A stretch of DNA of 64,000 bases, from assembly GCA_003208975.1 (NCBI GenBank), contig QCTY01000001.1:10804-74803 (forward strand), given 5' to 3'. The notes under the pieces are model-generated. The model was not told the DNA's origin and did not search any database. It saw only the letters and a list, made by a program, of their open reading frames with translations. Each line of letters starts with the position of its first letter. Position 1 is the first letter of the stretch. Source of the stretch: Synechococcus sp. AG-676-F02 (GTDB lineage: Bacteria; Cyanobacteriota; Cyanobacteriia; PCC-6307; Cyanobiaceae). The position numbers and the translations under genes are program-made. Below are positions 29,958-41,336 of the stretch, piece after piece.

Positions 29958-31412
29958 TCAGGCATCAAGTGCTAATTCAAAGCGTTCCCAGAGCTCACTC
30001 GGGTTTTCCAATCCCACTGACACCCGGAGCAGATGGGAAGGCACACCGCATCGTTCAGCCCAGCGCAGTTCGTTGTAGTGGGCTAGCTGTGTGTAGGGGC
30101 AGACGAGGGTGAAATTGGTGCCAAGGCTTGGCCCTTTACTCACGCGAAGAGCGTCATAAACCCGCTGCGCTTTTGGTTCACCTTCCTTGAGAACAAAGGA
30201 AAGCAGGCAGCCGTAGCCCGCTCCGGATCGCATCAGCGCCTCGTAGTTGAGGCAATGTCTTGGATGCAGAACCCTGTCTACGGCTGGATGCCGCTGGAGT
30301 TGATCCGCAAGTGCGAGGCAGTTGCGGTCGAGCTGTGGCACCCGCTTCGCAACATCCCGACTGGCGTGCTCAAGGGCTATGGCATCGGGATCGCTCAGCT
30401 CTGCAGCTGGGTTCAGGGCCTCCATCAGCTGATCACTCCAGGGTGAGCTTGGGCTCACCAGCAGGCTTCCAGCCATCACATCACCTCGGCCTGCAAAGCT
30501 TTTGGTGAGAGAGGTGAACAGCAGATCGATGTGATCTAGTGCCTCAAGGTTGAAAGCGGTGCCGATGGTGTCATCAGCGATGACCGGAATCCCGCGGGGA
30601 CGGGTGAGCTCGGCGATGGCTGGAAGATCCACGCAACGAAGCAGTGGATTGCTCGGCAGTTCAACAATCACGGCGCCGGGCTCCAGTCGGTCAAGGGCGG
30701 CTTCCACCTCCGAGAGGGCATCGCTCATTACCAGGTCTCCGCCGTGGAAGACCACCTTGGGTTGTTTGAACACATCCACATAGGGAAACCCCAGTTGCAG
30801 AGTGGTGCGGCCTGGCCGCAGGGACTGCACTGCACTCAGCGCTGAGTGCAACGCGGCCATTCCTGCCGGATGCAAGCTGATGCGAGAGCTGCTGATGCGG
30901 TGAATGGCTGCCAGTCGTTCACGGATTGTGAGGCGGGCCATGTTTCCCGCCTCTGCGCTGGGCCTTTGCTCTCTGCCGAGGGCGATCGCAGCAACACGTG
31001 AGGATGCCCCCAGCCCCGTGTGCTGCCAGAACGCCTTGGCATGCGGTGTGGCCTCGGCATCGGCCTGCAGGCAAGGAAGTTCCTCAACGTCGATGATTCG
31101 TGTGTGCGCTTCTGGGGCCTTTCGATTGCAATGGGTCTGTGCTTCAGAAGCAGCTGCCGTTGATGGGTATGGCCACAGGGTGCTGCCTGTTTCGCTGGTT
31201 GCAGCGGTGACCTGTTGCAACAGAGGATGAAACCCAAATCGCGGATAGATGGTTTGAAGTGCTGCGCGGCATTCCGGTTCGTTCTCCTCGTAGGCGATCA
31301 CGTCCTGCCAGCGAGGTAGGGCCACCGATACCGCGTGGGGCATATCGGGTAAGGGATGGCCGAGATCCGAACCCTGCCAGGCTGGATCGTTCAGCAGATC
31401 GCGCGCACTCAC
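29958..31412 (-). CDS. PLP-dependent cystathionine gamma-synthase-like protein (long type)
   Basis: HAVSVALP, YPRFG, ELPSNPLL, DDTIG, SLTKSFAG, GPSLGTNFTL, LRVSVGLE. Confidence 0.88.
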   Translation of the reverse strand: MSARDLLNDPAWQGSDLGHPLPDMPHAVSVALPRWQDVIAYEENEPECRAALQTIYPRFGFHPLLQQVTAATSETGSTLWPYPSTAAASEAQTHCNRKAPEAHTRIIDVEELPCLQADAEATPHAKAFWQHTGLGASSRVAAIALGREQRPSAEAGNMARLTIRERLAAIHRISSSRISLHPAGMAALHSALSAVQSLRPGRTTLQLGFPYVDVFKQPKVVFHGGDLVMSDALSEVEAALDRLEPGAVIVELPSNPLLRCVDLPAIAELTRPRGIPVIADDTIGTAFNLEALDHIDLLFTSLTKSFAGRGDVMAGSLLVSPSSPWSDQLMEALNPAAELSDPDAIALEHASRDVAKRVPQLDRNCLALADQLQRHPAVDRVLHPRHCLNYEALMRSGAGYGCLLSFVLKEGEPKAQRVYDALRVSKGPSLGTNFTLVCPYTQLAHYNELRWAERCGVPSHLLRVSVGLENPSELWERFELALDA

Positions 31413-32551
31413 GCCAGCAACCTCAACGCCTGCTGAAGATCGGTCTGAAGATCTTCCAGGTCTTCGCAACCCACGGACAAGCGCACCAGACCATCATCAA
31501 TCCCCAGCTTCGCTTTCATGTCGGCCGAGACTGCGGCATGGGTCATGGTGGCCGGGTGGCAGATCAGGCTCTCGATTCCACCCAGGCTTTCGGCCATGGT
31601 GAACCATCGCAAACACTTGCAGAGGGCGTAAGTCTCTTCCTGGTTTGCGTTGAAGCTCACGGTCACGATCGCGCCGCCAGCTGACATTTGTCGCAGAGCC
31701 ACGGCATGTTGTGGGTGATCCGTTCGATGGGGATAACGAACCCAGTTCACCTTGGAATGCGATGCCAGTTGATCGGCTAAAGCTGCGGCATTGGCCATCT
31801 GCTGCTTCAGCCTCAACGGAAGCGTCTTGATGCCTCGGGTGATCAGCCAGCAATCAAAGGGTGATGGCTGCAGTCCAAGGGCTTTCTGTGAGAACACCAT
31901 TTTCTGGTGCCATTCAGAATCATTGGTGCAGACGGCCCCACCCAGGGCGTCGGAATGACCATTGATGTATTTGGTGGTGCTTGTGAGTGACAGGGTTGCG
32001 CCCAACTCCAGTGGGCGTTGCACAAGGGCTGTGGCGAAGGTGTTGTCCACCACCACTGGAATGCCAAGCGGCTGGGTCACAGCGCAGACCGCTTGAAGGT
32101 CGATCACCTTGAGCAGCGGGTTGGTCGGGCTTTCCAGCCACACCATCGCTGGTTGCTTAGAGCCAATGGCAGCCAGCGCTTCAGGCTTTGTGAAATCCAC
32201 CCATTCGGTCCGCAGACCGAACTTTGCGAAAACCTGCTCGAACAGGCGCACGGTGCAGCCGTAGAGATTTTCCTCACACAGCACTAGATCCCCCTGTTTC
32301 AGTTGCGACACCACGGCGGTGATTGCACTGACGCCAGAGGCGAACACGGTGGCGTGTTCACAGCCCTCAAGCGAGGCCAGAACGCGATCTAGGATGCGGA
32401 AATTCGGGTTGCCCGAACGGGTGTAGTCGAAGCCAGCTTGGTTGCCGTGGGCAAAGGTGCTGGTGGGGAAGATCGGCGGCATCACGGTGCCGGTGTCCTC
32501 CGCAAAGCTGATCCCGTGGTGAATCACCCGGGTGTTGTTTCCTGCGTTCAC
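31409..32551 (-). CDS. Cystathionine beta-lyase/gamma-synthase (Cys/Met metabolism PLP enzyme)
   Basis: YTRSGNP, ESPTNP, VDNTF, STTKYINGHSD, ESLGGIESL, RLSVG. Confidence 0.92.
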   Translation of the reverse strand: MNAGNNTRVIHHGISFAEDTGTVMPPIFPTSTFAHGNQAGFDYTRSGNPNFRILDRVLASLEGCEHATVFASGVSAITAVVSQLKQGDLVLCEENLYGCTVRLFEQVFAKFGLRTEWVDFTKPEALAAIGSKQPAMVWLESPTNPLLKVIDLQAVCAVTQPLGIPVVVDNTFATALVQRPLELGATLSLTSTTKYINGHSDALGGAVCTNDSEWHQKMVFSQKALGLQPSPFDCWLITRGIKTLPLRLKQQMANAAALADQLASHSKVNWVRYPHRTDHPQHAVALRQMSAGGAIVTVSFNANQEETYALCKCLRWFTMAESLGGIESLICHPATMTHAAVSADMKAKLGIDDGLVRLSVGCEDLEDLQTDLQQALRLLA

Positions 32552-32606
32552 TGCCGCTGGATCGGTGGCTGCAGGCTACGGAATGGGGTCGCCCGTCTTT
32601 GCCAAT

Positions 32607-32633
32607 AAAAAACCCCCACCTTGCGGAGGGGGT
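32607..32633 (-). terminator. Rho-independent terminator of psbDC
   Basis: Minus strand ACCCCCTCC-GCAA-GGTGGGGGT followed by a T run, about 25 nt after the psbC stop. Confidence 0.85.
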
Positions 32634-32659
32634 GTTTGACGATCGTGTGATCGGATTGA

Positions 32660-34048
32660 TCAGTCGAGGTCAGGCATGCCCAGTACAGGCTCTGCCTTGC
32701 GGTCGATTCCTTTCTCGAAACCAGCTGCAGCCGCACGGGCTCTACCGGCGTGCCAGAGGTGGCCAACAAGGAAGAAGAAGGCGAGTACAAACTGCGTTGC
32801 ACTCATCCACTGGCGGAGGTTCACGAAGTTCACCGAGTTGGGTTCGGTGATGATGCCGCCAACGGAATTGAGTGATGCGTTGGGAGCGTGGGTCATGTAT
32901 TCAGCCGCACGGCGTACTTGCCAGGGCTGAATGTCATTCTGCAGCTTGTCCAGGCTGAGCCCGTTGGGGCCACGGAGTGGCTCCAGCCAGGGGCCTCGGA
33001 AGTCCCAGAAACGCATGGTCTCACCACCGAAGATGATTTCACCGGTTGGTGAACGCATCAGGTATTTACCTAGGCCAGTGGGGCCCATGGCGGAGCCGAT
33101 GTTGGCACCGAGGCGCTGGTCTCTCACCAGGAAGGTGAAACTCTGAGCCTGGGACGACTCAGCGTTGGTAGGTCCCCAGAACTCAGAGGGGTAGGCGGTG
33201 TTGTTGAACCAGATGTAGGCCGAGGCGATGAAGCTCATGAAGCTCAGAGCGCCAAGGCTGTAGCTCAGGTAGGCCTCACCGTTCCAGATGAAGGCACGGC
33301 GTACCCAGCCGAAGGGCTTGGTGATGGCGTGCCAGATGCCACCGAAAATGAGGGTCAGCCCCAGCCAGATGTGCCCACCGATGATGTCCTCCATGGAGTT
33401 CACACCAATAATCCAGCCCTCGCCACCGAAGGGGGCGCGGAACAGATAACCGAAGATCACACCCGGGTCGAGTGTGGGGTTGGTGATCAAGCGGACATCA
33501 CCGCCACCGGGTGCCCAGGTGTCGTAAACGCCGCCGAAGAACATGGCCTTGAAGACCAGCAGCAGGCAGCCGACGCCGAGGAGAATCAGGTGATAACCAA
33601 TGATGTTGGTCATCTGGTTCTTGTCACGCCAGTCCTGGGAGAAGAAGGAGGAGTAATTCTCCAGAATCTCCGGACCGCGAAGGGCGTGGTACAGACCGCC
33701 CAGGCCGAGAACGGCTGAACTGATCAGGTGCAGAACACCGACCACGAAGAAGGGGAAGAGATCAGTGACCTCACCGCCTGGGCCCACGCCATAGCCAAGG
33801 GTGGCGACGTGGGGCATGCAGATGAAGCCCTGCTCATACATGGGCTTGTCGAAGGTGAAGTGACTCACCTCGAACAGCATCATTGCGCCGGCCCAGAAAA
33901 CCATCAGACCTGCATGTGCCACGTGAGCACCGAGCAGACGGCCTGAAAGATTGATCAGACGAGCGTTACCTGACCACCAGGCAAAGCCGGTGGACTGAAG
34001 GTCTTTACCGCCAGTGGCGCCAAGACCGGGATTAGAGAGCGTTACCAC
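32660..34048 (-). CDS. psbC: Photosystem II CP43
   Basis: [29 protein letters not shown]; GTG start overlapping the psbD end. Confidence 0.98.
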   Translation of the reverse strand: MVTLSNPGLGATGGKDLQSTGFAWWSGNARLINLSGRLLGAHVAHAGLMVFWAGAMMLFEVSHFTFDKPMYEQGFICMPHVATLGYGVGPGGEVTDLFPFFVVGVLHLISSAVLGLGGLYHALRGPEILENYSSFFSQDWRDKNQMTNIIGYHLILLGVGCLLLVFKAMFFGGVYDTWAPGGGDVRLITNPTLDPGVIFGYLFRAPFGGEGWIIGVNSMEDIIGGHIWLGLTLIFGGIWHAITKPFGWVRRAFIWNGEAYLSYSLGALSFMSFIASAYIWFNNTAYPSEFWGPTNAESSQAQSFTFLVRDQRLGANIGSAMGPTGLGKYLMRSPTGEIIFGGETMRFWDFRGPWLEPLRGPNGLSLDKLQNDIQPWQVRRAAEYMTHAPNASLNSVGGIITEPNSVNFVNLRQWMSATQFVLAFFFLVGHLWHAGRARAAAAGFEKGIDRKAEPVLGMPDLD

Positions 34049-35087
34049 GGGGCAGAACCTCTTCAGGGAAGACGAAGTTTTCGTGCGGCTGGTCAGCCGG
34101 TGCCATCCAGGCACGCAGACCTTCATTCAGAAGGATGTTCTTTGTGTAGAAGGTCTCGAATTCGGGATCTTCTGCAGCGCGGATTTCCTGTGACACGAAG
34201 TCATAGGCGCGCAGGTTGAGGGCCAGGCCGATGATGCCGATGGAGCTGGTCCAAAGACCCATCACGGGCACGAACAACATGAAGAAGTGCAGCCAGCGCT
34301 TGTTGGAGAAGGCGATACCGAAGATCTGACTCCAGAAGCGGTTGGCAGTGACCATGGAATAGGTCTCTTCTTCCTGGGTGGGCTCGAACGCCTTGAAGGT
34401 GTTGGCCTGCTCACCATCCTCAAACAGGGTGTTTTCCACCGTTGCACCGTGAATGGCGCAAAGCAGTGCGCCGCCGAGGATGCCGGCCACGCCCATCATG
34501 TGGAAGGGATTCAGGGTCCAGTTGTGGAAGCCCTGCAGGAAGAGGAGGAAGCGGAAGATCGCTGCCACACCGAAGGATGGCGCGAAGAACCAGCTGCTCT
34601 GGCCGAGGGGATACATCAGGAAGACACTGACAAACACCGCGATCGGGCCTGAGAAGGCGATGGCGTTGTAAGGACGAATGCCGACCAGACGTGCAATTTC
34701 GAACTGACGCAGCATGAAGCCGATCAGAGCGAAGGCACCGTGGAGAGCCACGAAGGCCCAGAGGCCGCCGAGCTGAATCCAGCGAACGAAATCACCCTGG
34801 GCTTCAGGGCCCCAGAGCAACAGCAGGCTGTGACCCATCGCATCAGCGGGGGTTGAAACAGCTGCGGTGAGGAAGTTGCAGCCTTCCAGGTACGAGGAGG
34901 CAATGCCGTGGGTGTACCAGGAGGTTGCGAAGGTGGTGCCTGTGAGCCAGCCACCGATGGCCATGTAGGCCGTTGGAAAGAGAAGAATGCCGGACCAGCC
35001 GACAAATACGAAGCGGTCGCGCTTGAGCCAGTCATCGAGGACGTCAAACCATCCCCGCTGAGGCGCGCGTCCTACAGCGATCGTCAT
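34032..35087 (-). CDS. psbD: Photosystem II D2
   Basis: [34 protein letters not shown]. Confidence 0.99.
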   Translation of the reverse strand: MTIAVGRAPQRGWFDVLDDWLKRDRFVFVGWSGILLFPTAYMAIGGWLTGTTFATSWYTHGIASSYLEGCNFLTAAVSTPADAMGHSLLLLWGPEAQGDFVRWIQLGGLWAFVALHGAFALIGFMLRQFEIARLVGIRPYNAIAFSGPIAVFVSVFLMYPLGQSSWFFAPSFGVAAIFRFLLFLQGFHNWTLNPFHMMGVAGILGGALLCAIHGATVENTLFEDGEQANTFKAFEPTQEEETYSMVTANRFWSQIFGIAFSNKRWLHFFMLFVPVMGLWTSSIGIIGLALNLRAYDFVSQEIRAAEDPEFETFYTKNILLNEGLRAWMAPADQPHENFVFPEEVLPRGNAL

Positions 35088-35142
35088 GAGAGGTGAACGG
35101 TGCGGTTAGCCGCAGGGCTGTGGGATACGTCCGCGACCTTAA

Positions 35143-35814
<672 letters not shown>

Positions 35815-35819
35815 TTCCA

Positions 35820-36488
35820 ATGCGGCGTTCCTTTCTTTGGTCTCTTCTGCTGATTCCTCTCCTGATCAGCTGCAGTGCTTCCCCTCGGGCGGAAGTGTCC
35901 AGAGGTTGTGCTGATGCTCAGGCGGCCTGTCTTCAGGGCAAAGCGATCGTTCAGATGACCACCAGTCGGGGTGACATCACGATTGAGGTTGATGGGGATG
36001 CTGCGCCACTCACCGCCGGAAATTTCGTTGATCTGGTCAACCGTGGCGTCTACGACGGAACGATGTTTCACCGAGTGGTGAAGGAGCCTGTCCCTTTCGT
36101 GGTTCAGGGGGGAGACCCGCAGTCGAGTGATCGATCGGTGCCATTGACCAAACTCGGCACTGGCAGTTTTGTGGATCCTTCCTCCGGCCAGGCTCGCCTG
36201 ATACCGCTGGAGGTTCTTTTCCAGGGGGAAGACACACCGCGTTACAGCCGCGCAAGCTCCAATCCCGCTGAGCTGGAGCGTTTGGTGCTGAACCATGAAC
36301 GTGGCTCAGTTGCTATGGCTCGTTCCCAGGCTCCGGATTCCGCCAGTGCGCAGTTCTACGTGGCCCTACGACCTCTGCCGGAACTAGATGGTCGCTATGC
36401 CGTTTTCGGTCGCGTGATTGAGGGCCTCGATGTTGTCGACCAAATCGAGCGCGGAGACCGAATCAACAGTGCCAGCTTGAGTCAGTGA
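35820..36488 (+). CDS. Cyclophilin-type peptidyl-prolyl isomerase (probable lipoprotein)
   Basis: LLISC lipobox-like; APLTAGNF, FHRVV, QGGDP, AMARS, LDGRYAVFG. Confidence 0.93.
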   Translation: MRRSFLWSLLLIPLLISCSASPRAEVSRGCADAQAACLQGKAIVQMTTSRGDITIEVDGDAAPLTAGNFVDLVNRGVYDGTMFHRVVKEPVPFVVQGGDPQSSDRSVPLTKLGTGSFVDPSSGQARLIPLEVLFQGEDTPRYSRASSNPAELERLVLNHERGSVAMARSQAPDSASAQFYVALRPLPELDGRYAVFGRVIEGLDVVDQIERGDRINSASLSQ

Positions 36489-36490
36489 AG

Positions 36491-37021
36491 TCAGGCTGGT
36501 ATTCGACTTTCGCTCGGTGAGACCTTGAGCAGCTCGGTGTTCACGCCGGAGGCCCGTTCAAGGGCCACCTTGCCGGTGCGTGCAATCTCAAGGATGCCGA
36601 ACGGGGCCATCAGGCGTTCCAGAGCTACAAGTTTGCCTGGGTCGCCAACCACCTCAAGGGTGAGGGCCTCGTCGGCCACATCCACAACTTTGGCGCGGAA
36701 CACCTGAACCAGCTCGAACACAGCGCTGCGGCACTCAGCCGGAGCTGAAACCTTCAGCAGCATCAGCTCCCGTTCCACGGCTGGTCGCTTGGTGAGATCG
36801 AGAACCTGCAGCACGTTCACCAGCTTGTCGAGCTGCTTGCTCATCTGCTGAAGGGTCTGGTCGTCACCCTCCACCACCATGGTCAGGCGCGATTGTCCCT
36901 CCGCCTCAGCCGGACCCACGGCAAGGCTGTCGATGTTGAAGCCGCGTCGAGCGAACAGGCCTGCGATCCGGCTCAGAGCGCCGGATTCATCTTCCACAAC
37001 CACCGAAAGGGTGTGTTTCAT
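36491..37021 (-). CDS. ilvN: Acetolactate synthase small subunit
   Basis: MKHTLSVVVEDESGAL, RRGFNIDSL, ERELMLLKV, EIARTG. Confidence 0.96.
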   Translation of the reverse strand: MKHTLSVVVEDESGALSRIAGLFARRGFNIDSLAVGPAEAEGQSRLTMVVEGDDQTLQQMSKQLDKLVNVLQVLDLTKRPAVERELMLLKVSAPAECRSAVFELVQVFRAKVVDVADEALTLEVVGDPGKLVALERLMAPFGILEIARTGKVALERASGVNTELLKVSPSESRIPA

Positions 37022-37959
37022 CGCCGCTGGTTGTCCCCTGCCGGTCTGATGTCACCCAAGTTACGGTCCAGCCAGGGCAATAGCACGTCAATAAAGCGTT
37101 CCGGCACTTCGTCGTGGGGGCAATGGCCGCAGCCTTCCAGTGCCACAAGGTCGATGTGGGGGTGCTGATGATGGATGGACTCACCGATGCTGAGCGGCAC
37201 GAAGCGGTCCTCGCGACCCCAGATCAACAGCAACGGCCGTTGCAGAGCAACCAGTAAGGCGGGAGCGGTGCTGGCCTGAGCACGCAGGGCCATGCCGAAG
37301 CACATTCCCCGCAACGCCCGTGCTGCGGTTGGACGTTGTGCCGGGCGGGCGATCAAGTTGAGCAGGTCCCGATCCCCTGCAACGCTGTTGAAGTACGCCC
37401 CCTGCAATCCCATCTTCAGCAGTGACGTCCGGCTGATCAGCGGAACGAGCAGCTCAAGTGGCAGCAGACGCAGGATGATCCGCAACAGGCGTCGCATCCA
37501 CCGTCGCTTCCATCGCGCCATTGTTCTGGGTACGGGGTTCAGCAGTGCTGGGTCCGGTAGGGGTGCTGCCACCACCGCATCCACCCACTTCGGTTGCAGA
37601 ACGGCTGCCGTCAGAGCCGTCAGCCCTCCAAGCGAGTTGCCGATCAGCACCGCGGGCTGCTGAACCACTTGCCTGAGGAATGCACACACCTGATATCCCC
37701 AGAGCCCGTTGCTGAGGGGACGAGCGGGCTGCTCCGAGGCCCCGAAACCGAGCAGGTCAAGGCTGTAAACCCTCCAACCACGTTCGGCAAGGCGAGGTGC
37801 CGTGCGGCGCCAGTGGCTGCTGGACGCTCCGAAACCATGCAGCAGCAGTAGTGGAGGCGCTCCTGCTGGGCCAGTCACGCGCCAATGGCAGCGGTACCCT
37901 CTCCAACTCCAGATTTGCTGGACACCCCAATCGGCAGTCTGGTCTACAGCAGCGACCAC
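37018..37959 (-). CDS. Alpha/beta hydrolase
   Basis: LHGFGAS, DLLGFG, GNSLGG nucleophile elbow, WGRED, GHCPHDE. Confidence 0.92.
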   Translation of the reverse strand: MVAAVDQTADWGVQQIWSWRGYRCHWRVTGPAGAPPLLLLHGFGASSSHWRRTAPRLAERGWRVYSLDLLGFGASEQPARPLSNGLWGYQVCAFLRQVVQQPAVLIGNSLGGLTALTAAVLQPKWVDAVVAAPLPDPALLNPVPRTMARWKRRWMRRLLRIILRLLPLELLVPLISRTSLLKMGLQGAYFNSVAGDRDLLNLIARPAQRPTAARALRGMCFGMALRAQASTAPALLVALQRPLLLIWGREDRFVPLSIGESIHHQHPHIDLVALEGCGHCPHDEVPERFIDVLLPWLDRNLGDIRPAGDNQRR

Positions 37960-37963
37960 AGAC

Positions 37964-39127
37964 CTGAGTTCTCTGGACTCCCACTATCGCGAAGGAGCCG
38001 CTGTTCTCAAGCTCGGGTCAGGATTCTTTCGACCGGAATCCCGTCCCGCCAGGGATCTTTCGGTTCTGCTTGCGCGGCTTCAGCGAAGCCAGGCCTCTGG
38101 GCCGCTGCGATGGCTTGATCTCATGGCCGGGTGCGGCATCCGGGCCGTGCGCTGGGGGCTTGAATCCAAGGCGCCGGACTGTGTTCCGGTGCAACTGCAT
38201 GTCAATGATGCAGATGCCGATCGACGGGCCTTCCTGGAAGCGAACCTGGAGGCGGCAGCCCTTTCGGCTGAGGTCAGCACATCTCCGGCAGATCAGTTGC
38301 TGGCCAGGGCTTACCTCGGTGGGGATTTCTTTGATCTGATTGATGTTGATGCCTTCGGTGCTCCCGGGGCGTTGCTGCAGCCGGTGCTGCAGGTGCTTCG
38401 CTTTGGGGGAATCCTGCTGCTGGCAAGCACAGATGGCCGTTCGCCCACCGGCCATGACCGTCGAGCAGCGATTCGCAATCTGGGTTCAGCAGCTCGTGTT
38501 CATCCGGCCAGCTGGGAGATAGCCCTGAGGCAGCAGCTGGGGCTACTGGCGCGCCAGGCATGGCTCTTGGGACGCGGCATTCAGCCTCTTCTGAGCTTCA
38601 GTGAAGGACGCACGTTCAGGTTGGCGGTGAGATTCCACCGCCAACTGCAGCCCCTGGAGGAGCAGTGCCTAGGCCTGGTGGCTCGCTGTGAATGCTGCGG
38701 AGCGCAAGACTTTCAACCACTGTTGAAGCTCAGCGGCTGGCCTCCCTGTTACTGCTCTGAAGGGGAGGGACGCTGGAGTGTTAGTGGTCCGTTGTGGATT
38801 GGTCCACTTCAGGATCAGGCCACCCTGATGGCACTTCTGGCGGATCCTTGGCTTGTGCAGTCGGATGCGATCGCGACTTCCAGTCGCCGTTTGCTGCTTC
38901 GTCTTGTCGCGGATCACGGCATTCCACCCACGGTGTGGCCTACGGCAGAGCTCGCCAAGCGTGTTGGAAGCAGTGGTCCGCCACCCATCAACGACCTTGT
39001 GCAGGCCCTGCGCCAGAAGGGTCATCAAGCATCTGCCAGTGGCTTGATGGGGGGTCAGATCCGCACCGACGCTGATCTTCCCGACCTGTTACAGACCTGC
39101 AGCGCACTCTCACGAGACAGGATTTAA
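37964..39127 (+). CDS. Trm1-like tRNA (guanine-N2) dimethyltransferase (start uncertain)
   Basis: GFFRPESRPARD, DLMAGCGIR, NDAD, IDVDAFG, CECC/C.C Zn motif, GPLWIGPL. Confidence 0.82.
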   Translation: MSSLDSHYREGAAVLKLGSGFFRPESRPARDLSVLLARLQRSQASGPLRWLDLMAGCGIRAVRWGLESKAPDCVPVQLHVNDADADRRAFLEANLEAAALSAEVSTSPADQLLARAYLGGDFFDLIDVDAFGAPGALLQPVLQVLRFGGILLLASTDGRSPTGHDRRAAIRNLGSAARVHPASWEIALRQQLGLLARQAWLLGRGIQPLLSFSEGRTFRLAVRFHRQLQPLEEQCLGLVARCECCGAQDFQPLLKLSGWPPCYCSEGEGRWSVSGPLWIGPLQDQATLMALLADPWLVQSDAIATSSRRLLLRLVADHGIPPTVWPTAELAKRVGSSGPPPINDLVQALRQKGHQASASGLMGGQIRTDADLPDLLQTCSALSRDRI

Positions 39128-39151
39128 TAGCTCCAGTAGCGCGACATCGTC

Positions 39152-39250
39152 ATGGCTTCGGAGATCTTTGGAACAGCCGCCATCTTCTGGGTGCTTATTC
39201 CCATCGGTCTCGCGGGTGGGGCCCTGCTGCTCAAGCTTCAGGGTGACTGA
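39152..39250 (+). CDS. petM: Cytochrome b6f subunit 7 (PetM)
   Basis: Hand translation [32 protein letters not shown]; below the ORF-track cutoff. Confidence 0.92.
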   Translation: MASEIFGTAAIFWVLIPIGLAGGALLLKLQGD

Positions 39251-39305
39251 CTCTCAACTCTCGGCACGGGCCATCTAAGCTCCCTGACTTGTTCAGATGG
39301 GCCCC

Positions 39306-40268
39306 ATGCAGGTTCTGGTGGTAGGTGGCACGGGCACCCTCGGTCGACAGATCGCCCGCCATGCCCTGGATGAAGGCCACCAGGTTCGTTGCATGGTTCG
39401 GACCCCACGCAAAGCTGCATTTCTGCAGGAGTGGGGTTGCGAGTTAACAAGAGGCAACCTTCTCAATCCGGACAGTCTCGACTACGCCCTCGATGGGGTT
39501 GATGCGGTCATTGATGCTGCAACGAGTCGACCGGACGACCCCAAGAGCATCTACATCACCGACTGGGATGGAAAGGTCAACCTCTTGCGTGCCTGTGAGC
39601 GGGCCGAGGTCAAACGCTTCGTATTTCTCTCATTGTTGGGGGCGCATCGTCACCGCTCCGTTCCCTTGATGGATATCAAGGCCTGCACAGAAAACCTTCT
39701 TGAGTCTTCAGAGCTCGACTACACAATCCTGCAGGTTGCTGCCTTCATGCAGGGCGTGATCAGTCAATTTGCAATCCCTGTACTCGAGAGTCAGACAGTC
39801 TGGGTGAGTGGTTCGCCGACATCAATTGCTTACATGAACACCCAGGACGTTGCTCGATTTGCTGTGGCGGCTCTCAATCGTCCGGAGACGATCCGAAACA
39901 GCTTTCCTGTGGTTGGCCCGAAGGCTTGGAACAGTGGAGAAGTCGTGCAGTTCTGTGAGAGATGCACGGATAAGTCGGCCCGTGTTTTCCGCATGGGACC
40001 TGCTCCGATCTTGGCGCTGCAAGCCATTACCTCCTTTTTTGAACCTACGGTGAATATTGCGGAGCGTCTGGCATTTGCAGAAGTCACCGGTAGTGGCCAG
40101 TCTCTGGATTCACCGATGGAGTCGACTTACGCCGCGTTTGGCCTCGATCCATCCGAAACAACGGGGATGGAAAGTTATCTTCGCGAGTATTACGACTCGA
40201 TTCTCAAACGACTGCGTGAGATGGAAGCTGATCTCGATAAGGACGCCAAGAAGAAGTTGCCGTTCTGA
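39306..40268 (+). CDS. ycf39: Ycf39-like NAD(P)-binding atypical SDR (PSII assembly)
   Basis: VVGGTGTLGRQI, DWDGKVNL, PLMDIK, follows petM. Confidence 0.85.
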   Translation: MQVLVVGGTGTLGRQIARHALDEGHQVRCMVRTPRKAAFLQEWGCELTRGNLLNPDSLDYALDGVDAVIDAATSRPDDPKSIYITDWDGKVNLLRACERAEVKRFVFLSLLGAHRHRSVPLMDIKACTENLLESSELDYTILQVAAFMQGVISQFAIPVLESQTVWVSGSPTSIAYMNTQDVARFAVAALNRPETIRNSFPVVGPKAWNSGEVVQFCERCTDKSARVFRMGPAPILALQAITSFFEPTVNIAERLAFAEVTGSGQSLDSPMESTYAAFGLDPSETTGMESYLREYYDSILKRLREMEADLDKDAKKKLPF

Positions 40269-40320
40269 TCGACCAATCTGACTGGTTTGTTTGTACTATT
40301 AAGTTGTTTTTGTTCTCTGT

Positions 40321-40536
40321 ATGGCGGTTGCTCAGCTGAAAAACCTGCAGCGCCGGCTGCAACTCCTCTCGGATGAAGCGGAGCAGGGGCTTAATCGAGC
40401 CTGCGGAAATGAGCTCTGGAAATCGTTGGGTCCGGATGCCATCGATGGGCTCGATGATTCCTCCCGAAGGGCCGAGGCCAATTACTGGTACGGCCAGTGG
40501 AACGTTGTTCGTGAGCTTCAGGAGGCCATTGGTTGA
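40321..40536 (+). CDS. Small hypothetical protein
   Basis: 71-aa ORF filling the gap, AT-rich upstream spacer, stop overlaps the next start. Confidence 0.7.
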   Translation: MAVAQLKNLQRRLQLLSDEAEQGLNRACGNELWKSLGPDAIDGLDDSSRRAEANYWYGQWNVVRELQEAIG

Positions 40537-41336
40537 TGCCGGATTCATGCTGCACCACCCCATCGTCCTTCGATCAAACCCAGGCGGTTGAAGACCGCTA
40601 TGGAGCAGCTGCTCAGCATCAGGAAGCCTGTCTTTGCACGCCGGTGGGGTTCGATCCCGCACTGCTTGCGGTGATCCCCGATGCCGTCGTTGAGCGCGAC
40701 TATGGATGTGGGGACCCAACCCGTTGGGTTCGATCCGGAGATCGTGTTCTTGATCTGGGCAGCGGCAGCGGCAAGAACGCTTTCATCTGTGCCCAGGTGG
40801 TGGGGGCGGAGGGTCGCGTTGTTGGCGTCGATCGCAACGCCGAGATGCTGGCTCTCTCCCGCGGCGCTGCGGAAGAGGTGGCTGATGCCATCGGTTTCGC
40901 CAATGTTGCTTTTATCGAGGGCGCCATCGAAGCGTTGGATCAGCAGACGGCAGAAGCATCTCCACTGGTGGCTGACGCCAGCGTTGATGTGGTCTTGAGC
41001 AACTGTGTGCTGAATCTGGTGAACCCGGCGTCCCGTCAGCGTCTTCTCAGCAATATTCGTCGGGTTCTGGCTCCTGGCGGCCGGGTGGCGATCAGCGACA
41101 TCGTCTGCGATCGTTCCGTACCGCTGGCCCTCCAACAGGACCCTGAACTTTGGAGTGGCTGCATCAGTGGTGCCTGGCAAGAGGAAGCGTTCATTGCCGA
41201 TTTCCAGGCCCTCGGCTTTGAGCAGGTGCGTTTTGCCGACCGCAGTGAAACCCCTTGGCGTGTGGTTGAGGGAATTGAATTCCGGGCGGTCACCCTCGTC
41301 GGCGAGCTTCCCCAGGCTGCCTGCGCCTGCTGTTGA
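40536..41336 (+). CDS. SAM-dependent methyltransferase, arsenite methyltransferase-like
   Basis: YGCGDP, VLDLGSGSG, SNCVLNL, SDIV, WSGCISGA; Cys-rich termini. Confidence 0.8.
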   Translation: MPDSCCTTPSSFDQTQAVEDRYGAAAQHQEACLCTPVGFDPALLAVIPDAVVERDYGCGDPTRWVRSGDRVLDLGSGSGKNAFICAQVVGAEGRVVGVDRNAEMLALSRGAAEEVADAIGFANVAFIEGAIEALDQQTAEASPLVADASVDVVLSNCVLNLVNPASRQRLLSNIRRVLAPGGRVAISDIVCDRSVPLALQQDPELWSGCISGAWQEEAFIADFQALGFEQVRFADRSETPWRVVEGIEFRAVTLVGELPQAACACC

